DNA of 64,000 nt from Eledone cirrhosa (lineage: Eukaryota), in contig OZ024759.1 in NCBI GenBank assembly GCA_964016885.1, positions 10,106,001 to 10,170,000 of the forward strand. The letters are read 5' to 3'. The notes below the pieces were generated by a model. That model did not search any database and was not told the origin of the DNA. It saw only the letters and a program-made list of their open reading frames with translations. The stretch's first letter is position 1, and each line of letters begins with the position of its first letter. The translations under genes and the position numbers were made by a program. Positions 50,601 to 61,007 of this stretch are shown piece by piece.

Positions 50601-53600
50601 TTGTTTCTACTATTGGCACAAGGCCAGCAATTACCCCAGTGCATTACTGGTACTTTATTTTATCAAGCCCCGTAATAATTGTTTCTACTATTGGCACAAG
50701 GCCAGCAATTACCCCAGTACATTACTGGTACTTTATTTTATCAAGCCCCGTAATAATTGTTTCTACTTTTGGCACAAGGCCAGCAATTACCCCAGTGCAT
50801 TACTGGTGATTTATTTTATCGACCCTGTAAGGATGAAAGGCAAAGCTAACCTCAGCGTGATTTGAACTCAGAACATAAAGAGCAACAACTCTATGCCACA
50901 AAGCATGGTGTCTGATGCTCTACCGATACTAGCAATCCACCACCTTAGTCTTTTCTCTAATAATTGTTTCTACTTTAGGCACAAGGCCAGCAATTATCCC
51001 AGTGCATGACTGGTACTTTATTTTATCGACCCCGTAAGGATGAAAGTCAAAGTTAACTTCGGCGGGATTTGAACTCAGATCGTAAAGAGTCGTAACTATG
51101 CTGGAAAGCATGGCGTCCGACCCTCTACTGACACTGCCAATCCACCGCCCTAGCATGGCGTCCGACCCTCTACCGATACTGCCAATGCACCACCCTAGCA
51201 TGGCGTCCGACCCTCTACCGATACTGCCAATCCACCACCCTAACATGGTGTCCGACCCTCTACCGATACTGCCAATCCACCACCCTAACATGGCGTCCGA
51301 CCCTCTACCGATACTGCCAATCCACCACCCTAACATGGCGTCCGACCCTCTACTGATACTGCCAATCCACCACCCTATTAGACTTTTCTCTAATAATGTA
51401 AAGTTTTTACTTTAGTACTGCAAATGTTCACAACAATCTGTCCAGTAGTACAGATACTATAAATTAACAAAAACTATACTATAAATTAACAAAAACTATA
51501 CTATAAATTAACAAAAACTATACTATAAATTAACAAAAACTATACTATAAATTAACAAAAACTATACTATAAATTAACAAAAACTATACTATAAATTAAC
51601 AAAAACTATACTATAAATTAACAAAAACTATACTATAAATTAACAAAAACTATACTATAAATTAACAAAAACTATACTATAAATTAACAAAAACTATACT
51701 ATAAATTAACAAAAACTATACTATAAATTAACAAAAACTATACTATAAATTAACAAAAACTATACTATAAATTAACAAAAACTATACTATAAATTAACAA
51801 AAACTATACTATAAATTAACAAAAACTATACTATAAATTAACAAAAACTATACTATAAATTAACAAAAACTATACTATAAATTAACAAAAACTATACTAT
51901 AAATTAACAAAAACTATACTATAAATTAACAAAAACTATACTATAAATTAACAAAAACTATACTATAAATTAACAAAAACTATACTATAAATTAACAAAA
52001 ACTATACTATAAATTAACAAAAACTATACTATAAATTAACAAAAACTATACTATAAATTAACAAAAACTATACTATAAATTAACAAAAACTATACTATAA
52101 ATTAACAAAAACTATACTATAAATTAACAAAAACTATACTATAAATTAACAAAAACTATACTATAAATTAACAAAAACTATACTATAAATTAACAAAAAC
52201 TATACTATAAATTAACAAAAACTATACTATAAATTAACAAAAACTATACTATAAATTAACAAAAACTATACTATAAATTAACAAAAACTATACTATAAAT
52301 TAACAAAAACTATACTATAAATTAATAAAATCTATACTATAAATTAACAAAAACTATATTTTTAGATACTTTCAACTAAATCATTAGAGGGTGTTAAGAG
52401 ATAAGAGCAACTTAGACAGCCAATAATATTGTAATATCATCATCATCATTTACTGGTTTCAGTCATTGGATTGCAGCCATTCTGGGGCACCCCCTTCAAC
52501 AGATACATTCAATCATATACCTACTATCTGCCAGCTACGGTTCCTGGCAGGATTTGAACTCACAATGCACAGGGCTGGATCATTCACTGCAAAGTAATCT
52601 GTCTGAATCTGCGGCTGAATTGGGGTTCCTTCCAAAAGGTCTTCGGAACGTTACTCGAGAGAATTCATAGCTCGGAGATCAGAGAGTTGCTCCAGGTAGG
52701 GCTGCTATTTCTCCAAATTGACAGATCACAGCTCCAATATTACACATGTGGTCAGAATGACTAAGGAAAGAATTGCTGGACAGATTTTATGGGAAAAAAA
52801 CCAACTGGTAGGCGACCCTTAGCAAGATGGTTGGAGAACATCCATGATTTCAGCTGGTCTAGTTTTGGGATCCAGCCAGATCAATTGGTTGTCAGATGGT
52901 TGCTTCTGACAGAACCTGCTGGAAGGCATGCTTGAGGACTCTGCCCCAAACAACCCTGTCAGGAATAAGTGGGCAAAGAAGAAGATGAACCCTCTGGATT
53001 GGTACTTTATTTATCGACCCTAAGGTAAAGGATGAAAGGTAAAGTTGACCTTAGTGAAATTTGAACTCACAGCACAGGGGGCTGGAACAAATACTGAGGT
53101 GTTTTAATTCGATGCTCCGAAAACTTAGCCTAATTCACTGCCTATCACCAGCTATCTGGTCTAATGGATTGTTGTTAGTATCAACATGCCTCTCAAAGGC
53201 AATGACACACGACCGTGACCTCTGGTGTCACGCAGTAATAGAGAGTACCCGACCTCCCATGGGTACAAGCTGAAACATATAGACAATATGCCCCCACACC
53301 TCCCACCGCAAGGTGGTCGTGGAGGTGCCACGGCAAAAAAGCACCCAGCCCACACTGTAAAGTGGACGTGGAGGTGCCACGGCAAAAAAGCACCCAGCAC
53401 TCACTGTAAAGTGGACGTGTAGGTGCCACGAAAAAGCACCCAGCACTCACTGTAAATGAGGTTGGTGTTAGGAAGGGCATCCAGCTGTAGAAATCAAGCC
53501 AAATCAGTTCCTGTATGAGCAAGGCATAGTCAGCCGACCAGACACTGCCCACAACAGGACAACCTGTCTAACCCATGCTAGTGTGGAAGAACGGACATAA

Positions 53601-56600
53601 GATGATGATGATGATGATGATGATGATGTATATTATGGGGGACAGGAGAAATAAACTTACCTTGCCAATGATGGTGATAATCACAGACGCGTGAGAGAGC
53701 CACTAGCATAGCAATGAATATGGGAGTGACACTGGTGATGAGACGCCAAGTACTTCCAAAACCATGTTGGCCAAAATAATGTAGTTTTCCAAATAAATAT
53801 AATGTTGTAAACCCTAGACCAGAGAAAGCAACTAGACAGAAAAAGAAGATAAAGATTAAAAATAGAACAGAAAAGAAACAGAAATATATCTGACAGGTTT
53901 AGAGTTGAACCCCCTAGCAGTGGAGACTTCTGGTTTCCTTGGCCCTAGGGGGGACCACCTCCCTACTAACTACCATAGGTGCTGAGCTGGCTAGCCTCAC
54001 GAGCTGGAACAGCTCTTCCAACGCATATCCCTCACCATCCGCCAAGGAAACACCTTCTTTATTCTGTCCATTGGGGGCAAGGGGCAGCCAGCGCGTGGGA
54101 CCCCATTTGCTCATAATAGTGAAAGATGGGGAGGGTGGGAGAGATGGAAGTGATGACAGTGGGAGTTTGGTTCCTCTGTATTTGGACCTGGTGTACATGA
54201 GAGACAGAGGTGATGACACTGGGAGTTTGGTTCCTCTGTGTTTGGATCTGGTGTACAAGTGTGTGTACAACCCTTTCCTTTCCCCCTTTTATATCATGAA
54301 CAAGATATTGCTGTACTTCTGGTCTAACTGGTGACCATGACATGTTGAGGTGGGGAACCACTGGTCTAACTGGTGACCATGACATGTTAAGGTGGGGAAC
54401 CACTGGTCTAACTGGTGACCATGACATGTTGAGGTGGGGAACCACTGGTCTAACTGGTGACCATGACATGTTGAGGTGGGGAACCACTGGTCTAACTGGT
54501 GACCATGACATGTTAAGGTGGGGAACCACTGGTCTAACTGGTGACCATGACATGTTGAGGTGGGGAACCACTGGTCTAACTGGTGACCATGACATGTTGA
54601 GGTGGGGAACCACTGGTCTAACTGGTGACCATGACATGTTGAGGTGGGGAACCTCTGGTCTAACTGGTGACCATGACATGTTGAGGTGGGGAACCTCTGG
54701 TCTAACTGGTGACCATGACATGTTGAGGTGCGGAACCACTGGTCTAACTGGTGGCCATGACATGTTAAGGTGGGGAACCACTGGTCTAACTGGTGGCCAT
54801 GACATGTTAAGGTGGGGAACCACTGGTCTAACTGGTGACCATGAGATGTTAAGGTGGGGAACCACTGGTCTAACTGGAGGCCATGACATGTTAAGGTGGG
54901 GAACCACTGGTCTAACTGGTGACCATGACATGTTAAGGTGGGGAACCACTGGTCTAACTGGTGACCATGACATGTTGAGGTGGGGAACCACTGGTCTAAC
55001 TGGTGACCATGACATGTTGAGGTGGGGAACCACTGGTCTAACTGGTGACCATGACATGTTGAGGTGGGGAACCACTGGTCTAACTGGTGACCATGACATG
55101 TTGAGGTGGGGAACCACTGGTCTAACTGGTGGCCATGACATGTTGAGGTGGGGAACCACTGGTCTAACTGGTGGCCATGACATGTTAAGGTGGGGAACCA
55201 CTGGTCTAACTGGTGGCCATGACATGTTAAGGTGGGGAACCACTGGTCTAACTGGTGACCATGACATGTTGAGGTGGGGAACCACTGGTCTAACTGGTGA
55301 CCATGACATGTTAAGGTGGGGAACCACTGGTCTAACTGGTGGCCATGACATGTTAAGGTGGGGAACCACTGGTCTAACTGGTGGCCATGACATGTTAAGG
55401 TGGGGAACCACTGGTCTAACTGGTGACCATGACATGTTGAGGTGGGGAACCACTGGTCTAACTGGTGACCATGACATGTTAAGGTGGGGAACCACTGGTC
55501 TAACTGGTGACCATGACATGTTGAGGTGGGGAACCACTGGTCTAACTGGTGACCATGACATGTTGAGGTGGGGAACCACTGGTCTAACTGGTGACCATGA
55601 CATGTTGAGGTGGGGAACCACTGGTCTAACTGGTGGCCATGACATGTTAAGGTGGGGAACCACTGGTCTAACTGGTGACCATGACATGTTGAGGTGCGGA
55701 ACCACTGGTCTAACTGGTGACCATGACATGTTGAGGTGGGGAACCACTGGTCTAACTGGTGGCCATGACATGTTAAGGTGGGGAACCACTGGTCTAACTG
55801 GTGGCCATGACATGTTGAGGTGGGGAACCACTGGTCTAACTGGTGGCCATGACATGTTGAGGTGGGGAACCACTGGTCTAACTGGTGACCATGACATGTT
55901 AAGGTGGGGAACCACTGGTCTAACTGGAGGCCATGACATGTTAAGGTGGGGAACCACTGGTCTAACTGGTGACCATGACATGTTGAGGTGGGGAACCACT
56001 GGTCTAACTGGTGACCATGACATGTTAAGGTGGGGAACCACTGGTCTAACTGGTGACCATGACATGTTGAGGTGGGGAACCACTGGTCTAACTGGTGACC
56101 ATGACATGTTAAGGTGGGGAACCACTGGTCTAACTGGTGACCATGACATGTTAAGGTGGGGAACCACTGGTCTAACTGGTGACCATGACATGTTGAGGTG
56201 GGGAACCACTGGTCTAACTGGTGACCATGACATGTTGAGGTGGGGAACCACTGGTCTAACTGGTGACCATGACATGTTAAGGTGGGGAACCACTGGTCTA
56301 ACTGGTGACCATGACATGTTGAGGTGGGGAACCACTGGTCTAACTGGTGACCATGACATGTTGAGGTGGGGAACCACTGGTCTAACTGGTGACCATGACA
56401 TGTTGAGGTGGGGAACCACTGGTCTAACTGGTGACCATGAGATGTTAAGGTGGGGAACCAGTGGTCTAACTGGTGGCCATGACATGTTGAGGTGGGGAAC
56501 CAGTGGTCTAACTGGTGACCATGACATGTTAAGGTGGGGAACCACTGGTCTAACTGGTGACCATGACATGTTAAGGTGGGGAACCACTGGTCTAACTGGT

Positions 56601-59600
56601 GACCATGACATGTTAAGGTGGGGAACCACTGGTCTAACTGGTGACCATGACATGTTAAGGTGGGGAACCACTGGTCTAACTGGTGACCATGACATGTTAA
56701 GGTGGGGAACCACTGGTCTAACTGGTGACCATGACATGTTAAGTTGGGGAACCACTGGTCTAACTGGTGACCATGACATGTTGAGGTGGGGAACCACTGG
56801 TCTAACTGGTGACCATGACATGTTAAGGTGGGGAACCACTGGTCTAACTGGTGACCATGACATGTTACGGTGGGGAACCACTGGTCTAACTGGTGACCAT
56901 GACATGTTGAGGTGGGGAACCACTGGTCTAACTGGTGACCATGACATGTTGAGGTGGGGAACCACTGGTCTAACTGGTGACCATGACATGTTAAGGTGGG
57001 GAACCACTGGTCTAACTGGTGACCATGACATGTTGAGGTGGGGAACCACTGGTCTAACTGGTGACCATGACATGTTGAGGTGGGGAACCACTGGTCTAAC
57101 TGGTGACCATGAGATGTTAAGGTGGGGAACCAGTGGTCTAACTGGTGACCATGACATGTTGAGGTGGGGAACCAGTGGTCTAACTGGTGGCCATGACATG
57201 TTGAGGTGGGGAACCAGTGGTCTAACTGGTGACCATGACATGTTAAGGTGGGGAACCACTGGTCTAACTGGTGACCATGACATGTTGAGGTGGGGAACCA
57301 GTGGTCTAACTGGTGACCATGACATGTTGAGGTGGGGAACCACTGGTCTAACTGGTGACCATGACATGTTAAGGTGGGGAACCACTGGTCTAACTGGTGG
57401 CCATGACATGTTAAGGTGGGGAACCACTGGTCTAACTGGTGACCATGACATGTTGAGGTGGGGAACCAGTGGTCTAACTGGTGACCATGAGATGTTAAGG
57501 TGGGGAACCAGTGGTCTAACTGGTGACCATGACATGTTGAGGTGGGGAACCTCTGGTCTAACTGGTGACCATGACATGTTGAGGTGGGGTCAGGGTGGAC
57601 AAAAGGTGGAACCACTGGAGTAAGAGATAAAGTAACAGACTAAATATTGCAGGTAACATTATCATTATACAGATTATTTTCAAAATGATTTGAAAACCAG
57701 AGTGAACTGTAAAGTGTAAACAAATTGGCCTATAGGTGGCGCCATATGTACAATAACATGTAGAAGAGGTGAGACAGGAGTTTCTGACAGTAATGTCTAC
57801 CATGGAGGAGGTAAGACAGGAGTTTCTGACAGTAATGTCTAACATGGAGGAGGTAAGACAGGAGTTTCTGACAGTAATGTCTAACATGGAGGAGGTAAGA
57901 CAGGAGTTTCTGACAGTAATGTGGTGTACCATGGAGGAGGAGGTGAGACAGGAGTTTCTGACAGTAATGTCTAACATGGAGGAGGTAAGACAGGAGTTTC
58001 TGACAGTAATGTGGTGTACCATGGAGGAGGTGAGACAGGAGTTTCTGACAGTAATGTCTACCATGGAGGAGGTAAGACAGGAGTTTCTGACAGTAATGTC
58101 TACCATGGAGGAGGTAAGACAGGAGTTTCTGACAGTAATGTCTACCATGGAGGAGGAGATGAGACAGGAGTTTCTGACAGTAATGTCTACCATGGAGGAG
58201 GAGATGAGACAGGAGTTTCTGACAGTAATGTCTAACATGGAGGAGGAGATGAGACAGGAGTTTCTGACAGTAATGTCTACCATGGAGGAGGAGATGAGAC
58301 AGGAGTTTCTGACAGTAATGTCTAACATGGAGGAGGAGATGAGACAGGAGTTTCTGACAGTAATGTCTAACATGGAGGAGGAGATGAGACAGGAGTTTCT
58401 GACAGTAATGTCTACCATGGAGGAGGTGAGACAGGAGTTTCTGACAGTAATGTCTACCATGGAGGAGGTGAGACAGAAGTTTCTGACAGTAATGTCTACC
58501 ATGGAGGAGGTGGTGAGACAGGAGTTTCTGACAGTAATGTCTACCATGGAGGAGGAGATGAGACAGGAGTTTCTGACAGTAATGTCTACCATGGAGGAGG
58601 TGAGACAGAAGTTTCTGACAGTAATGTCTACCATGGAGGAGGTGGTGAGACAGGAGTTTCTGACAGTAATGTCTAACATGGAGGAGGAGATGAGACAGGA
58701 GTTTCTGACAGTAATGTCTAACATGGAGGAGGAGATGAGACAGGAGTTTCTGACAGTAATGTGGTGTACCATGGAGGAGGTGAGACAGAAGTTTCTGACA
58801 GTAATGTGGTGTACCATGGAGGAGGTGAGACAGAAGTTTCTGACAGTAATGTCTAACATGGAGGAGGAGATGAGACAGGAGTTTCTGACAGTAATGTCTA
58901 ACATGGAGGAGGAGATGAGACAGGAGTTTCTGACAGTAATGTGGTGTACCATGGAGGAGGTGAGACAGAAGTTTCTGACAGTAATGTGGTGTACCATGGA
59001 GGAGGTGAGACAGAAGTTTCTGACAGTAATGTCTAACATGGAGGAAGAGGTGAGACAGGAGTTTCTGACAGTAATGTGTACCTTGGTGCCATGGTGTAAA
59101 AGTAATAAGTTAAAACCTGTTCTCATTAACATCATTTTCAAATTGCCCTCCTATGGGGTCAGTGTCCCACATTGAAGGCAATGGTTAATCTTTGTAGAAT
59201 TTTACTTACTTGATGAATGCCCACTTGGAAAGCTTTTGCGACCCTCAGTGATTTTTTCCTGTGAACCTGTACATAACATGCCTGCCACAAACTTGCCATC
59301 GGGGAAACACCTCCAGTAGAAATCAGGACGTGGCCTAACACAGGTAAAACAAAAATAAAATGAAATAGAATAAAAATATAATTGATATAGAGAAAATATA
59401 AGGGTCTTAAAATCAACCTGACAAAGACTAAGGTCCTAGTAAGTAGAAGAGAAATCAGCGCCTTAATCCCCTTGGGGAAATGGCTTTACTCAGTGTGTAG
59501 GAAAGGAGTAGGTAGAAGATCCATCCTCTGCCCCATTTGCAAACAATGGGTACACAAAAGATGTAGTGGGATCTCAGGTAGTTTGGCTAAGAATGTAGGT

Positions 59601-60965
59601 TTTACATGTAACAGCTGAACCGAGACAGTAAGCAGCAAACGACCACAGGGAATAAGTACTACCAAATTCAGGGAGGGCTCTGTAGAGACAGTAGACAGCT
59701 TATGCTACCTGGGTGACCAAGTTAGCAGCGGTGGTGGGTGTTCTGAAAGTACAGTAGCCAGAGTAAGAACGGGATGGAAGAAGTGCAGGGAGCTACTACC
59801 ACTGCTGGCTATAAAAGGCTTTCCCCTCAGAACATAATATGCAGTCACACACATCGTCATCATCATCGTTTAACATCTATCTTCCACGCTAGCATGGGTT
59901 AGACAGGAATTGTCCCATTTGAGGCAAGATTGGTCAGGTGATCGTGTCTCACATACAACGAAACACCCCTTCCCATACACACACACATATATATACATAT
60001 ATATAAGGGGTTAACGGGATTACAATAAGGTTTCCCTGCTAGTACTGGTTACATATGTAGCAACTCTTGCTAAGGAGTCTTCACTCAGGCATGTGTAACC
60101 CTGGCAACCAAGCGGTAACTAATAACTTTGTTTCATTCTCTCATCTACTCATTGACATGTCAACTATACTGTTCTATATATCTACATATTGTTAATTAAA
60201 TATTATACACACAAACCACTTCCTTGTTACATTCATACACACTAGTATTTTGCTATACATATATATCATCATCTTCATCATCATTTTACGTCCGCTTTTC
60301 CCTGCTTGCAAGGGTGGGACGGGTCTTATTCAGCACAGCATCTCTCCACTCGTCACGGTCCCTCGTCATCTCCACCGTGAGCTTCAATGATCTGAGGTCT
60401 GTTCTCACCACCTCCGCCCATGTTTTTCGTGGTCTACCTCTACCACGTCTTCCTTCAACTGGCATTTCCTGGCACTTCTTCACCCATCGGTCATCCTCCA
60501 TGCGCATCACATGTCCATACCACCTCAGTCTCCTCTCCCGTACACTACATTCTATCCCTCTCAGACACAGTTTCTCTCTCAACACATCACATGTCCATAC
60601 CATCTCAGTCTCCTCTCCCGTACACTACATTCTATCCCTCTCAGACACAGTTTCTCTCTCAACACATCACATGTCCATACCACCTCAGTCTCCTCTCCCG
60701 TACACTACATTCTATCCCTCTCAGACCCAGTTTCTCTCTCAACACATTTATGCTGGGTCGTTCACGCACATTTACACTGCACATCCAACGGAGCATGCTT
60801 GCCTCATTTCTCTCCAGCCGTCGCATATCCTCTGCGGTTGCTGTCCATGTCTCACTACCATGCAGCATCGCGCTCCTCACACATATATATTCACAAATTG
60901 TTAATTAAATATTATACACACAAACCACTTCTCCTTGTTACATTCATACACACTAGTATTTTGCT

Positions 60966-61007
<42 letters not shown>

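Noticed and set aside
49816-57589. CRISPR-like regular repeats
   Set aside because: Units are contiguous with no unique spacers, there are no cas genes, and the context is eukaryotic.
54059-57623. Three overlapping ORFs of 1093-1172 aa
   Set aside because: A 42-bp unit that happens to lack stops in three frames; lies inside a PLPP intron.
59159-59416. 85-aa minus-strand ORF from the track
   Set aside because: Wrong frame; the real PLPP exon 59210..59334 is read in a different frame.
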